Assembly (NCBI GenBank): GCA_024276095.1
Contig: JAJRXW010000266.1
Coordinates: forward strand, 1-46,976
Reading direction: 5' to 3'
Source: Gammaproteobacteria bacterium
Lineage (GTDB): Bacteria; Pseudomonadota; Gammaproteobacteria; Steroidobacterales; GCA-2729495
Length of the DNA stretch: 46,976 nucleotides
Position 1 is the first letter of the stretch, and each line of letters opens with the position of its first letter. A program made the position numbers and the translations under genes. This document shows, one piece after another, positions 1-9,954 of the stretch. Below the pieces are notes generated by a model. The model made no database searches. It was not told the origin of the DNA and was given only the letters and a program-made list of their open reading frames with translations.

Positions 1-1881
1 TACAACGATCGCGCCATTGCCTACCGCGTACACAAGGGATTCGATCATGACCTGGTCTCCCTGTCTGTAGGGGTGCAGTACATGGTACGCAGTGACCTCG
101 CCTGCAGCGGGGTCATGTTCACGCTGGATACCGAATCCGGCTTTCGCGACCTGGTATTCGTCACCGCCTCCTGGGGACTCGGGGAAACAGTCGTCCAGGG
201 CGCCGTGAATCCCGATGAATTTTACGTCTCCAAGCCTGCCCTGCGAAACGGCAACAAGGCACTGCTGCGCAAGAACCTCGGCAGCAAAGCCATCAAAATG
301 ATTTTCAGCGATCAGTCCGAGCCCGGTCAGACGGTCAGCACGGTCGAGGTAGACCCGGCCGATTCGATGGCGTTTTGCCTGAGTAACGAGGAAGTCGAGA
401 CCCTGGCCCGCTATGCAGTGATCATCGAGGATCACTACGGCCGCCCGATGGATATCGACTGGGGAAAGGACGGCAGCGACGGACTGCTTTATCTGCTTCA
501 GGCCCGGCCGGAAACCGTGGTCAGCCACAGCGGCCAGACCATCCAGAGATTTCACCTCAAAAGCCGCTCCAAGATCATCACCCAGGGCCGCAGCATCGGC
601 CAGCGAATCGGTACCGGAACGGCAAAGGTGATCCGCAGTGTCGCTGAAATGACTCGCATCCATGACGGAGACGTACTGGTAGCGGACATGACCGATCCTG
701 ACTGGGAACCGGTAATGAACCGGGCTTCGGCCATCGTCACCAACCGTGGCGGGCGCACCTGTCACGCGGCGATCCTCGCACGGGAAATGGGTGTGCCGGC
801 CGTCGTCGGCTGCGGAGACGCCACGGAGAAAATTATCGACGGAGCCGAAGTCACCGTATCGTGCGCCGAAGGTGACGAAGGCATTGTCTACGAAGGCCGC
901 CTGGACTTCGAGCAGCAGCAGATCGAGCTGGACAGCCTGCCGGATATTCCGGTCAAGATCATGCTGAACGTCGCCAATCCGGACCGTGCCTTCGATTTTT
1001 CCGGCGTCCCCAACTGCGGGGTCGGACTGGCCCGGCTGGAATTCATCATCAATCGCATGATCGGCGTTCATCCCAAAGCCCTGCTCGAATTCGACAGCCT
1101 GAGACCGGACCTGAAAAACATCATCCGGGAGCAGATCGCCGGGTATCCCGATCCGGTCGAATTTTTCGTGTCCAAGCTGGCGGAAGGCATCGCCACCATT
1201 GCCGCTGCCTTCACACCGCAACCGGTGATCGTCCGCCTGTCGGATTTCAAATCCAACGAATACGCCAACCTGATCGGTGGCGAGGCCTACGAGCCCGAAG
1301 AGGAAAACCCGATGCTGGGTTTCAGGGGGGCATCCCGATATGTAGATCCCTCTTTCAGGCCCTGTTTCGAACTGGAGTGCCGCGCCCTGAAGTATGTCCG
1401 GGAAGAGATGGGCCTCACCAATGTTCAGATCATGGTGCCATTCGTTCGCAGCGTTGCCGAAGCCCGCTCCGTGATCGAGCTGCTGGCTGAAAACGGCCTG
1501 CAGCGCGGTGAAGACGGACTGAAAGTCATCATGATGTGCGAGTTGCCGACCAACGCCCTGCTCGCGGATCAGTATCTCGAATACTTCGACGGCATGTCGA
1601 TCGGGTCGAACGATATGACCCAGCTGACGCTGGGCCTGGACCGGGATTCCGGCCTGGTTGCCTATCTGTTCGATGAACGCGACGAGGCAGTAAAAGCGAT
1701 GCTCACCATGGCCATTCAGGCCTGTCGCAAAGCCGGAAAATATATCGGGATCTGCGGCCAGGGGCCATCGGATCACCCCGACCTGGCACTGTGGCTCGTG
1801 GAACAGGGGATCGACAGCATCTCACTGAATCCGGATTCGGTGGTCGAGACCTGGCTGTTCCTGGCCGGAGAATCCGTCTAG
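1..1881 (+). CDS. ppsA: Phosphoenolpyruvate synthase (pyruvate, water dikinase), C-terminal ~626 aa; 5' end lies outside the window
   Basis: Frame 1 is open from nt 1 ([32 protein letters not shown]...). It carries the PEP-utilising phospho-histidine region ([21 protein letters not shown]) and the C-terminal PEP/pyruvate TIM-barrel motifs ([12 protein letters not shown]). Confidence 0.95.
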   Translation, partial: YNDRAIAYRVHKGFDHDLVSLSVGVQYMVRSDLACSGVMFTLDTESGFRDLVFVTASWGLGETVVQGAVNPDEFYVSKPALRNGNKALLRKNLGSKAIKMIFSDQSEPGQTVSTVEVDPADSMAFCLSNEEVETLARYAVIIEDHYGRPMDIDWGKDGSDGLLYLLQARPETVVSHSGQTIQRFHLKSRSKIITQGRSIGQRIGTGTAKVIRSVAEMTRIHDGDVLVADMTDPDWEPVMNRASAIVTNRGGRTCHAAILAREMGVPAVVGCGDATEKIIDGAEVTVSCAEGDEGIVYEGRLDFEQQQIELDSLPDIPVKIMLNVANPDRAFDFSGVPNCGVGLARLEFIINRMIGVHPKALLEFDSLRPDLKNIIREQIAGYPDPVEFFVSKLAEGIATIAAAFTPQPVIVRLSDFKSNEYANLIGGEAYEPEEENPMLGFRGASRYVDPSFRPCFELECRALKYVREEMGLTNVQIMVPFVRSVAEARSVIELLAENGLQRGEDGLKVIMMCELPTNALLADQYLEYFDGMSIGSNDMTQLTLGLDRDSGLVAYLFDERDEAVKAMLTMAIQACRKAGKYIGICGQGPSDHPDLALWLVEQGIDSISLNPDSVVETWLFLAGESV

Positions 1882-1922
1882 CACTCCTGCAACAGGGTGG
1901 TGGTGACGGGCCGCCGCTCAGG

Positions 1923-2612
1923 CTATAAATCGCCCCACTTGGATTTTCGTCGCCACCGAATACGGGGAATGATCAACCCGATGATCATTCCGACGATCAC
2001 CGAGCCGGCCCCGGCAAGAAACCAGCGCTGATCCGAACGACTGCCAAGTCGCGCATTTTCCGCCTTGAGCTCCTCCAGCATGCGTTCAGTCTCGATTGAT
2101 TGCTGCTTCAGACGCTTGTTCTGATCGGCGATCTGGATCGCACCGGCCGACAGCTGGCGAATTTCGTTCAACTGCTGCTGCAAATCCTGGCTGGAACCGT
2201 CCAGACGCTCAACCTGGTTCTGGAGTTCCTGGCGTTCCTGCTGCAGGCTGCGCACCTGTTGCCGAAGCTTGTCCCGATCCTGTTCGGTTTTTTGCAGCCT
2301 TGACTCGAGATCCGGCAAGCGCACCCGGGCCGGTGGAGATTTCAGCAGATACCGGTTCAGAACCCAGCCCTCGGCGCCACTTCCGGTACGCACCAGGCTG
2401 TAGCCCGCATCATTGTCGACCTCCAGCAGTTCCACGCGAGTACCGCTTTTGAGCATCCTGACAATCGACTGGCGACTGCTCTTGCCGGTGCGCATGGTAA
2501 TTTCGAACTGGTCCGACACCCATCGCCGGGTGTCCTGCGCAACTATCACTCCGGGTTGAAGAATACCGGCTAACATAATGATTACAATAATATAATTCAG
2601 CTGTCTACTCAT
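1923..2612 (-). CDS. SH3-domain / coiled-coil protein with C-terminal membrane anchor (YgiM-like)
   Basis: The ORF track gives 1923..2681. I prefer the internal ATG at 2612 (MSRQLNYIIVIIMLAGIL... signal/anchor). Bacterial SH3-like segment (RWVSDQFEITMRTGKSS...GWVLNRYL), a long Q/E/R-rich coiled coil and a C-terminal TM helix followed by RWRRKSKW. Confidence 0.6.
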   Translation of the reverse strand: MSRQLNYIIVIIMLAGILQPGVIVAQDTRRWVSDQFEITMRTGKSSRQSIVRMLKSGTRVELLEVDNDAGYSLVRTGSGAEGWVLNRYLLKSPPARVRLPDLESRLQKTEQDRDKLRQQVRSLQQERQELQNQVERLDGSSQDLQQQLNEIRQLSAGAIQIADQNKRLKQQSIETERMLEELKAENARLGSRSDQRWFLAGAGSVIVGMIIGLIIPRIRWRRKSKWGDL

Positions 2613-2677
2613 CGTTCGCAAACTCGGAAACCTGCTGCAAAATCGGGCCGTGAACTTTATCACACCAGACAGGAGGG

Positions 2678-3088
2678 TCACGAATCAGTTGAGCCGATCG
2701 GTTCCCTGTCGCTGATCCGGTGGACAGACTGTTCCCAGTTCGCGCCATCGAAAGCCACCAGTGTGACGGAGCGTATGCCCGAGGCATCCAGGCAGCGGAC
2801 GTTGACGCTCACTCCGTCGGGATGTGAGCGGGGAGTATAAAAGGCCTTGACGCCGCACTGACCGCAAAATCGATGCCTGGCTGTGCGCGTGTTGAATCGA
2901 TAGGTAATCAGGACCTCGTCGCCGGCCAGCAGCCGAAAATCCGCAGCCGGCACGATCAGGTGCTGATAACCGCATAAGCGGCAGATGGAACAATTGCAGT
3001 CATGCGCCACGAGATCTGCGCCGGCATCGACCTCGAAACGAACGGCACCGCAATGGCAGCTCCCTGAATGTGTTACCTGTTCACTCAC
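2678..3088 (-). CDS. GFA (glutathione-dependent formaldehyde-activating)/CENP-V family Cys-rich zinc protein
   Basis: Characteristic Cys pattern [10 protein letters not shown]...CNCSIC...RHRFCGQCG. The GTG start overlaps the orn stop (GTGA), suggesting translational coupling. Confidence 0.75.
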   Translation of the reverse strand: MSEQVTHSGSCHCGAVRFEVDAGADLVAHDCNCSICRLCGYQHLIVPAADFRLLAGDEVLITYRFNTRTARHRFCGQCGVKAFYTPRSHPDGVSVNVRCLDASGIRSVTLVAFDGANWEQSVHRISDREPIGSTDS

Positions 3089-3651
3089 GCGGGCTCGCCG
3101 TTGAAATTCTCACGCAGCAGGTGTTCACGATAGTAGCGAAGCTCCGCGATGGAATCCCTGATATCCGCCAGCGCAAGATGCTCTGAGTTCTTTTTCAGCC
3201 CCTGCAGAATCGCGGGAGCCCAAAGCCCGGCGAGAATTTTCAGCGAACTGACATCCAGGTTGCGATAGTGAAAAAAGGCCTCCAACTGCGGCATTTCACG
3301 TGCCAGGAATCGACGATCCTGGCAGATGCTGTTGCCACACATCGGAGACGCTCCTTTTTCCAGGTGCCTGGAAAGAAAGTCCAGGGTCTGTGCTTCGGCC
3401 TCCGCTGCAGTCACCGAACTGGCCCGTACCCGCTCTGTCAGCCCCGAACGGGCGTGCTGACGCGTGTTCCAGTCGTCCATTCCGTCCAGCACCGTATCCG
3501 GCTGGTGAATCGCAAGTGCCGGGCCCTCTGCAATGACATCCAGGGCAGCATCGGTGATGATTGTCGCAATCTCAATGATAGAATCATTCTGTGAATCCAG
3601 CCCAGTCATCTCCAGGTCGATCCAGATCAGTCGCTCGTTATGCGTGCCCAT
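3085..3651 (-). CDS. orn: Oligoribonuclease
   Basis: DEDDh exonuclease motifs: [20 protein letters not shown] and the terminal H...DI(R)ESI region. Typical ~185 aa length, divergent from rsgA as in many gammaproteobacteria. Confidence 0.9.
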   Translation of the reverse strand: MGTHNERLIWIDLEMTGLDSQNDSIIEIATIITDAALDVIAEGPALAIHQPDTVLDGMDDWNTRQHARSGLTERVRASSVTAAEAEAQTLDFLSRHLEKGASPMCGNSICQDRRFLAREMPQLEAFFHYRNLDVSSLKILAGLWAPAILQGLKKNSEHLALADIRDSIAELRYYREHLLRENFNGEPA

Positions 3652-3734
3652 AGACGCTGCCTTGTATGATGTCCAGCCTGTCTATCTCACAGGCCAGCGT
3701 GAAATACGCTGCGAACGGATTCTAGCAAACCAGA

Positions 3735-4640
3735 ATGGCCACCGGGACACAAGAGCAATCCGCACTGGTAGTCGCCGCCCATGGCAGGCGGGGCCTGCTG
3801 GAATGCGGGGACGGCAGGCAAAAACCATACATGGTCAAGGGCCGCAAACTGCGCGTAGTGTGCGGTGACCGGGTACTCTGGTCACAACCCGGCGATGGCG
3901 ATGTAGCTCTGGTTACCAAAATCTGTCAACGTGACAACACCCTGAAACGCCCGTCTCCCCGTGATGGCCGGGCTGAAATCCTTGCCGCCAACCTGACGCA
4001 GATGGCGATTGTAATCGCGCCGTTGCCCGAACCCGACCTGTTCATCGTCGACCGCTACCTGTGCGCAGCGGAACTGATGGGCTGCAGAGCGATCCTGATC
4101 TTTAATAAATCGGACATGAAGTCGAAGCCCGACACCGGCAGCGATGACTACCAGGCAATCGGCTATGGCATCGTGGCAGTTTCGGCCAGGACCGGCCAGG
4201 GGCTGGACCTCCTGATCCGTGCGATGGACAGCCAGATCGCGATACTCGTGGGTCAGTCGGGAGTCGGAAAATCATCGCTGATCAATGCACTGGTTCCCGG
4301 GTCCGCGGTTGCTGTCGGTGAGGTCTCCGGCGCCACCTCGGAGGGTATTCACACTACCACGGCATCCATCATGCACACCCTGCCCAGTGGTGGCCGACTG
4401 ATCGATACACCGGGCGTCAGGGACTTCATCCCGCACATCGATGACAGCCGGCACGTCCAGGCGGGTTTCCGGGAAATCCTCGCCCTGGCCGATGAATGCC
4501 GCTTCGCCGATTGCCAGCATCTGCGCGAACCCGACTGCGCCGTAAAACGGGCCGTGGAATCCGGCACCGTCAGCATGCGCCGCTACGAAAGCTACAAACG
4601 CCTGCTGAGATCTGTTCAGGCATCCCCGCCCAACGCGTAG
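3735..4640 (+). CDS. rsgA: Ribosome small-subunit-dependent GTPase A
   Basis: Circularly permuted GTPase: NKSD precedes GQSGVGKSSLINAL and DTPG. C-terminal zinc knuckle C..FADCQHLREPDC. Confidence 0.9.
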   Translation: MATGTQEQSALVVAAHGRRGLLECGDGRQKPYMVKGRKLRVVCGDRVLWSQPGDGDVALVTKICQRDNTLKRPSPRDGRAEILAANLTQMAIVIAPLPEPDLFIVDRYLCAAELMGCRAILIFNKSDMKSKPDTGSDDYQAIGYGIVAVSARTGQGLDLLIRAMDSQIAILVGQSGVGKSSLINALVPGSAVAVGEVSGATSEGIHTTTASIMHTLPSGGRLIDTPGVRDFIPHIDDSRHVQAGFREILALADECRFADCQHLREPDCAVKRAVESGTVSMRRYESYKRLLRSVQASPPNA

Positions 4641-4684
4641 CCGGCGTCAGGGCGGCCCGGAGCTACCTGGAGCTACCCGGAGAG

Positions 4685-5287
4685 CTAACCCTCAAAAGAA
4701 GTCCGCGCCCCGATCGCCCGTGACAATGTCCCGCTGTCCACGTACTCGAGTTCTCCGCCCACCGGTACGCCATGTGCGATACGCGTAGCCGGTACATTGT
4801 GACTGTGTGCCAGCCCGGCAATAAACGCCGCCGTTGCCTCGCCTTCAACCGTTGCACTGGTCGCCAGGATAAGCTCCCTGATCTCTCCGCCGGAAAGCCG
4901 GTGCTCGAGAATTTCTACTCCGAGTTCCTCGGGTCCTATGCCGTCCAGCGGCGACAATCGGCCCAGCAGTACAAAATACACACCGCTGTAGCTGGCAGAA
5001 TCTTCGATGGCAATGACATCGGCCGGTGTCTCGACGACGCACAGTATGCTTTTGTCGCGCCTTTCGGTGGCGCAGATAGGACAAACCGAATTTTCAGCAA
5101 ACATCCTGCAGCGTTCGCACAGACCGATACCGTTTAATGCCTCGTCGAGCGCCTCCACCAGCGTACGCCCGCCGTCACGATCTTTCTCAAGCAAATGCAG
5201 CGCCATCCGCTGGGCTGTTTTCTGTCCCACACCCGGTAAACAGCTGAGTGCGGCCAGCAATCGCTGCAGCAAAGGGGTAAAACTCAC
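4685..5287 (-). CDS. recR: Recombination protein RecR
   Basis: The ORF track extends to 5422, but the GTG at 5287 gives the canonical N-terminus (V)SFTPLLQRLLAALSCLPGVGQKTAQRMA (HhH). Zinc finger CERCRMFAENSVCPIC and Toprim region follow. About 200 aa and no overlap with ybaB. Confidence 0.9.
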   Translation of the reverse strand: MSFTPLLQRLLAALSCLPGVGQKTAQRMALHLLEKDRDGGRTLVEALDEALNGIGLCERCRMFAENSVCPICATERRDKSILCVVETPADVIAIEDSASYSGVYFVLLGRLSPLDGIGPEELGVEILEHRLSGGEIRELILATSATVEGEATAAFIAGLAHSHNVPATRIAHGVPVGGELEYVDSGTLSRAIGARTSFEG

Positions 5288-5312
5288 GGCAAACGGTTCT
5301 TGCTGTCTGTGG

Positions 5313-5636
5313 TCAAAACGGCAGCTTGAAGCCACCCGGCAGCCCGGCGCCGGCAGCCATGCCCGAGTACTTCTCCTGAACAGTACTGTCGATTTTCCGG
5401 AGGGTATCGTTGAACGCCGCAATCAGGATATCTTCCAGCATGCTCCGGTCCTCTCCCAGCAATGAATCGTCGATCCGGATATCCCTGACTTCGTGTCGGC
5501 AGGTCATGGTCAGCCTGACCAGCCCTCCACCGGCCTCACCCTGAACTTCCAGGTTGGCCAACTCCTCCTGCGCCTGCGCCATCTCCGTTTGCATTCGCTG
5601 CGCCTGCTTCATTAACTGGCCTAAATCAGCTTTCAT
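5313..5636 (-). CDS. ybaB: YbaB/EbfC family nucleoid-associated protein
   Basis: 107 aa with MKQAQRMQ...E(L)...V.G.AGGGLV..T..G motif, in the conserved position between dnaX and recR. Confidence 0.9.
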   Translation of the reverse strand: MKADLGQLMKQAQRMQTEMAQAQEELANLEVQGEAGGGLVRLTMTCRHEVRDIRIDDSLLGEDRSMLEDILIAAFNDTLRKIDSTVQEKYSGMAAGAGLPGGFKLPF

Positions 5637-5665
5637 GTCTCACAATTCCTCGTTGATAGGTATGT

Positions 5666-7318
5666 TCATTTCGTATCATCGGTAGCTGCAGGCTGACGTA
5701 TGGATTCCGGAACGACTTCAGCATCAAACAGATCGACGAGCTCCCGGATATTCGGGTCCTGCTCAATCGTTTCCCGGACCTTGCGCTGCCCCTGCTCCGC
5801 TTCTTTTGCGTGGCGCGATGCAACAGTTTCGGAAACCTGTTCCCGAATATCGATTCCGACAGCAATCGCACTGCCCATTTTCTCCTTGATCAGGTCCGTC
5901 AACTGGCCTTTGAGATTGTCTGTCAGCAGATGCCGGCAGCCTGGATCGAGGCCGAGCCGCAGTTCAAACGGCGATGCCGATATCAGCCAGCAGTGTTCGG
6001 CCAGTTGACGAACGGCCCCCTTCAGCCCCAGTTTCCCGAGGAAAGAAGGCCAGTCACCGAGTTCTTCCGGTGAACTGACCGGACCCGGTTCGCCGGCCTG
6101 CTCCGTCGGCCGTGCCTCTGGCTCCGGTGCAGGCGGTGTCGGCTCGGGGCCGGCGGCAGCTTGTTTCGCCGCAGACCTTGCGCGCGGCGCCCCACTGCCG
6201 GAGTTTTCGGGCAGACCGGTTGCAGCACCGTGGGTGACCGGCCGAAATGCCAGCATCCTCAACAAAGCCATTTCAAACCCGAGCCGCGGATCCGGCGCCA
6301 GGTCGAGATCGCGGCGGCTGGTAACGACGATCTGGTAGAAAAGCTGTACCAGCTCCGCATCGAGTTCGCCGGCGAGCCGGCACAGGCTGTCCGTATCATC
6401 GTCCTCGTCCAGCACCTCGGGCCCCGCCATCTGAACGACCGCGATCCGCTGTAACAGTGTGGACAATTCATTTAGAATACTTTGATAATCGGGCGCCAGT
6501 TCGTCCAGCACCTGGATCTCCTGCAACAGTGCCCGGGCATCGCCGGCCACCAGTCCGTCCAGCAACGCGAAAACCCGCTGCGAGTCCATGGTCCCGAGCA
6601 TTTCCGCTACATCGTCGCCACGCAGAACTTCGTTACCAAAAGCCACCGCCTGATCGAGCAGGCTCAGTGCATCGCGCATACTGCCGTCTGCAGCACGAGC
6701 CAGCTGCGTCAATGCGGCCGGCTGCGTATCGATCTGTTCCTGATCGCAAATGTATGCCATGCGGGCGATGATCAGCCTGGTCGACAGGCGTTTGAGATTG
6801 AACTGCAGGCAGCGGGACAATACCGTGACCGGCAGCCTCTGCGGATCGGTGGTGGCAAACAGGAACTTCACATGCGGCGGAGGTTCTTCGAGTGTTTTCA
6901 GCAGAGCATTGAACGCCGGCTTCGACAACATGTGTACTTCATCGATCAGATAGACCTTGTAGCGCCCTACCGTCGGGCGATACTGAACATTTTCGAGAAG
7001 CTCGCGGGTATCGTCCACACCGGTACGGGAAGCGGCATCCACTTCAATCAGATCGACGAAGCGGCCTTCATCCAGTGCGATGCAGGTCTGGCATTGCCCG
7101 CAGGGCTCGGCACTGACGCCCTGCTCGCAGTTCAGGGCCTTGGCGAGTATTCGCGCTACGGTCGTTTTACCGACACCGCGCGTACCGGCAAACAGATAGG
7201 CATGGTGCACCCGCCCGGATTCGAGCGCATTGGCGAGCGCCTTGACGATATGGGGCTGTCCTGCAACATCCTCGAATTTCTGTGGGCGCCATTTACGGGC
7301 CAGTGCGAGATAATCCAT
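5666..7318 (-). CDS. dnaX: DNA polymerase III subunit gamma/tau
   Basis: I prefer the start at M26 of the track ORF (MDYLALARKWRPQKFEDVAGQ). Walker A GTRGVGKTT, zinc module CEQGVSAEPCGQCQTC, Walker B YLIDEVHML, sensor FATT. Confidence 0.95.
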   Translation of the reverse strand: MDYLALARKWRPQKFEDVAGQPHIVKALANALESGRVHHAYLFAGTRGVGKTTVARILAKALNCEQGVSAEPCGQCQTCIALDEGRFVDLIEVDAASRTGVDDTRELLENVQYRPTVGRYKVYLIDEVHMLSKPAFNALLKTLEEPPPHVKFLFATTDPQRLPVTVLSRCLQFNLKRLSTRLIIARMAYICDQEQIDTQPAALTQLARAADGSMRDALSLLDQAVAFGNEVLRGDDVAEMLGTMDSQRVFALLDGLVAGDARALLQEIQVLDELAPDYQSILNELSTLLQRIAVVQMAGPEVLDEDDDTDSLCRLAGELDAELVQLFYQIVVTSRRDLDLAPDPRLGFEMALLRMLAFRPVTHGAATGLPENSGSGAPRARSAAKQAAAGPEPTPPAPEPEARPTEQAGEPGPVSSPEELGDWPSFLGKLGLKGAVRQLAEHCWLISASPFELRLGLDPGCRHLLTDNLKGQLTDLIKEKMGSAIAVGIDIREQVSETVASRHAKEAEQGQRKVRETIEQDPNIRELVDLFDAEVVPESIRQPAATDDTK

Positions 7319-7405
7319 CGCGATGTGGGTAACCTTTGCGTCCGCTCGAAATCTGTCTGTCCACCGGCTTACCGGTCCTGTGCGCTCCGGCATCGGAAAC
7401 CGCCG

Positions 7406-7505
7406 AAAAGGCCCGCGCCAGCCACACCCCGGCGCCTGGCATCACCACTACCGCTGCTCCCTTCCGGGCCTGACGGAGTTCACGGCTAGCCACCGCGAGG
7501 GGACC
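7406..7505 (-). ncRNA. ffs: Signal recognition particle RNA (4.5S type)
   Basis: The reverse complement reads GGTCCCCTCGCGGTGGCTAGCCGTGAACTCCGTCAGGCCCGGAAGGGAGCAGCGGTAGTGGTGATGCCAGGCGCCGGGGTGTGGCTGGCGCGGGCC followed by TTTTC. It contains the conserved domain IV core (GUCAGGxCCGGAAGGxAGCAGC) and sits upstream of dnaX as in many gammaproteobacteria. End points are approximate (about +/-5 nt). Confidence 0.75.
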
Positions 7506-7628
7506 AGCGCGGACCCAACAGAAGGGTATGCTGACAGCGTTCTGCGGGCAAGGGGTAAGGCGAATATTGCCATGGAGACAGCTGCTTCTCCACATCGTGC
7601 AGGCCGTTGGTAACGACGAAACGGCTTC

Positions 7629-7657
7629 TTGCAATCGCGCAGGCCCTCCAGTATGGT
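7629..7657 (+). promoter_or_regulatory. Candidate sigma-70 promoter for the riboswitch-btuB transcript
   Basis: TTGCAA (7629-7634), a 17-nt spacer, then TATGGT (7652-7657), just upstream of the first riboswitch helix. Sequence-only prediction. Confidence 0.4.
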
Positions 7658-7659
7658 TC

Positions 7660-7885
7660 GACGCGAATTCGACAGGTGAATGTCCGGCGTTCCGCGCCGG
7701 ATGTTAAACGGGAAGACGGTGCGCCATTCAACGGCAACCCCGTCACTGCCCCCGCAACGGTAAATGAGTCAGTCGATTACTTGGCCACTGCGCAGCAATG
7801 CGTGGGAAGGCAATCGACGCAGATGTCCGAAACCTCACATCAGGCATCACTCATGAGTCCGGAGACCGGCCTGCCGATTGGTCCA
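7660..7885 (+). promoter_or_regulatory. Cobalamin (B12) riboswitch
   Basis: Conserved elements in the right order: TTAAACGGGAAGACGGTGCG, CACTGCCCCCGCAACGGTAA, GGCCACTG, TGGGAAGGC and the B12 box GAGTCCGGAGACCGGCCTGCC (7855-7875). It is followed by a TonB-dependent receptor gene. Confidence 0.85.
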
Positions 7886-7988
7886 CAGTTCGATCGCGGC
7901 GGGCGATTTCGTGGAGATCTCGAATCTCTGCCTCTGCCCCGATCGAACCGAATCGCAAGGTCCGGGGAGCCTGGCAGGAGATATTTCA

Positions 7989-9923
7989 GTGTTCAAGCTT
8001 CGATTACCGGTATTCATTTTCTGTGGATACATCAGTACCACGCCCGCTTTTGCTCAGACCGGCCAACCGTCGCCGGGTCATCCGGATACCATTGTCATCA
8101 CCGCATCGCGGTCGCCTCTGGCCAAAGCAAACATCGGCAGTTCGATCACGATCATCTCCCGCGAACAGATTGAAAGGCGCCAGGCCCGCTATGTAACGGA
8201 CTTGCTGCGTGCGGTACCCGGCTTTTCCGTCAGCCAGTCCGGCACCACGGGTTCGCAAACCCAGGTCAGGGTCAGGGGAGCCGAAGCCAACCAGGTCCTG
8301 GTACTCATTGACGGCGTCAGGGCCAACGATCCTGCGGTCGGTGACGAATTTCGCTGGGAGCTCCTCAGCACAGGCAACATCGAGCGCATCGAAATCGTCA
8401 GGGGACCGCAAAGTTCGCTATGGGGCAGCGATGCGGTAGCGGCAGTCGTGCAGATCATTACCCGCAACGGCGGAAAAACCCCCGCGCTCGGTGGATATGC
8501 CGAAAGCGGTTCATACAGTACGCTGAACGCCGGGCTGCAGGGGACAGCCGGCGGCGACCGGTGGTCCCTGGGCTTCGGGCTGGAAAAACTCGATACCGAT
8601 GGCACAAACATTTCACGTTCCGGTGGCGAGCGGGACGACTCCAGCCTGACCACGATATCCCTGTCGGGCAGGTTTCAACCGGTCGATGCGCTGGCACTCG
8701 ACCTGGGGATGCGCAGAGTGGATTCGTATTCACAGTTCGATCCGGTTGATTTTTTTACCACCGGTTTGCCAACGGATGGCGACCGTGCCACCGACTCGCG
8801 GCAAACGTACCTGTACGGCGATACCACGCTCGCCACACGGGGCGGACGCCTGGTGCATCACCTGGCTGCCCGGTATCTCGATACCACCAACAGGAACCTG
8901 GCAGACGGCGCACAGAACTCGTCCACGGGATCCGAGCGAATGACGACTACCTGGCAGTCGGATCTGCAGCTGGGCGAAAACCTCCTTTCGCTTGGGCTGG
9001 AACGCGAGCGCACACAATTCAGTCAGCGTGGTGAAATCGGTTTCGGCGACCCGAACCAGGACCAGGAGACCACCGTCAACAGCGTGTTTACCGACATTCA
9101 GGGGCGATCCATCGACCGGCTGACCTGGCTGTTAAGCGCCCGGTATGATAACTACAGCGACTTTGAGAACGCTCTCACAGGGCGGCTCTCACTGGCCTGG
9201 CGCCTGACCGATGCGACCCGGATCCGGGCCAGCATGGGGACCGGTCAAAAGACGCCGACTTTTACCGAAAGATTCGGTTTTTTCCCGGGCCAGTTCATCG
9301 GCAATCCCCGCCTGAAACCGGAAAAATCGACTTCGTTCGAGATCGGCATCGACCAGTCGATGCTCAACGATACGCTGGACGTGCAGCTGACACTGTACAA
9401 CCAGGATCTTGAAGACGAAATCAACGGCTTCGTCTTCGATCCGGATACATTTATGTTTACTGCGCAGAACATGAGCGACAGCAGCTCCCGAAAAGGTGTC
9501 GAACTGTCGGCGACACTGGAGTGGACCGAAAACCTGGAGCTCGGCGCTGCGTACACCTTCACCGATGCTGTACAGCCTGACGACCAGGGGAACGATATTA
9601 GGGAGTTCCGGCGGCCCCGGCACGCCGGCAGCCTCAGCGCCAACTACCGGTTGCTCGCGGAGCGGGCAAATATCACGCTGACAGCAGACTACGGCGGGAC
9701 CCAGACCGATATTTTCTTTCCGCCCTTTCCGGCCCCGTCCGAAATCGTGCCCCTGGACAGTTACTGGCTGGTTGACCTGACCGCGGGCTACGCTGTCAAC
9801 CGCAATATCAATGTATATGCACGGCTCACCAACCTGCTGGATGAAGACTATGAACAGGTGTACGGCTATCGAACGCCCGGCCGGTCCGGCTACTTCGGCG
9901 TGCGACTGAAATTCGGGCAGTAA
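7989..9923 (+). CDS. btuB: TonB-dependent vitamin B12/cobalamin outer-membrane receptor
   Basis: The track ORF starts at 7878, inside the riboswitch. I prefer the GTG at 7989, 8 nt after AGGAG (7976-7980), giving the signal peptide (V)FKLRLPVFIFCGYISTTPAFAQ. TonB box DTIVITASR, plug domain (RVRGAEANQVLVLIDGVR, IERIEIVRGPQSSLWG), C-terminal ...GYFGVRLKFGQ. The B12 assignment comes from the riboswitch context. Confidence 0.85.
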   Translation: MFKLRLPVFIFCGYISTTPAFAQTGQPSPGHPDTIVITASRSPLAKANIGSSITIISREQIERRQARYVTDLLRAVPGFSVSQSGTTGSQTQVRVRGAEANQVLVLIDGVRANDPAVGDEFRWELLSTGNIERIEIVRGPQSSLWGSDAVAAVVQIITRNGGKTPALGGYAESGSYSTLNAGLQGTAGGDRWSLGFGLEKLDTDGTNISRSGGERDDSSLTTISLSGRFQPVDALALDLGMRRVDSYSQFDPVDFFTTGLPTDGDRATDSRQTYLYGDTTLATRGGRLVHHLAARYLDTTNRNLADGAQNSSTGSERMTTTWQSDLQLGENLLSLGLERERTQFSQRGEIGFGDPNQDQETTVNSVFTDIQGRSIDRLTWLLSARYDNYSDFENALTGRLSLAWRLTDATRIRASMGTGQKTPTFTERFGFFPGQFIGNPRLKPEKSTSFEIGIDQSMLNDTLDVQLTLYNQDLEDEINGFVFDPDTFMFTAQNMSDSSSRKGVELSATLEWTENLELGAAYTFTDAVQPDDQGNDIREFRRPRHAGSLSANYRLLAERANITLTADYGGTQTDIFFPPFPAPSEIVPLDSYWLVDLTAGYAVNRNINVYARLTNLLDEDYEQVYGYRTPGRSGYFGVRLKFGQ

Positions 9924-9931
9924 ACGAATGC

Positions 9932-9954
9932 AGCAGGCAACCGAAACGCCTGCT
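9932..9954. terminator. Hairpin between convergent btuB and the kor-operon terminal gene
   Basis: AGCAGGC-aaccgaaac-GCCTGCT (7-bp stem) fills the 29-nt gap and overlaps the minus-strand stop codon. No clear U-tract on either side. Confidence 0.3.

Noticed and set aside
4641-4684. Short direct repeat GGAGCTACC x2 between convergent rsgA and recR.
   Set aside because: It is only 9 bp with two copies in a 44-nt spacer. No associated structure or function is evident, and it is likely chance.
5666-7318. Programmed -1 frameshift site (A AAA AAG type) for gamma subunit production in dnaX.
   Set aside because: I found no A-rich heptamer (CTTTTTT on the plus strand) in the gene. Gamma may be made differently or not at all, and this cannot be decided from the sequence.
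6482-7489. Long antisense ORFs opposite real genes. Examples: 6482..7489 (+) in dnaX, 16206..17204 (+) in the nfnA/gltD-like genes, 18991..19929 (+) in the MBL gene, 30547..31473 (-) in the kinase, 34322..35491 (-) in the toroid gene, 37268..38218 (-), 38687..39439 (-) and 44946..46379 (+) in the TonB receptor.
   Set aside because: Each lies entirely opposite a gene with clear family motifs. Their translations are Arg/Gly/Pro/Ala-rich with no motifs, the usual stop-codon-poor shadow frames of ~60% GC DNA.
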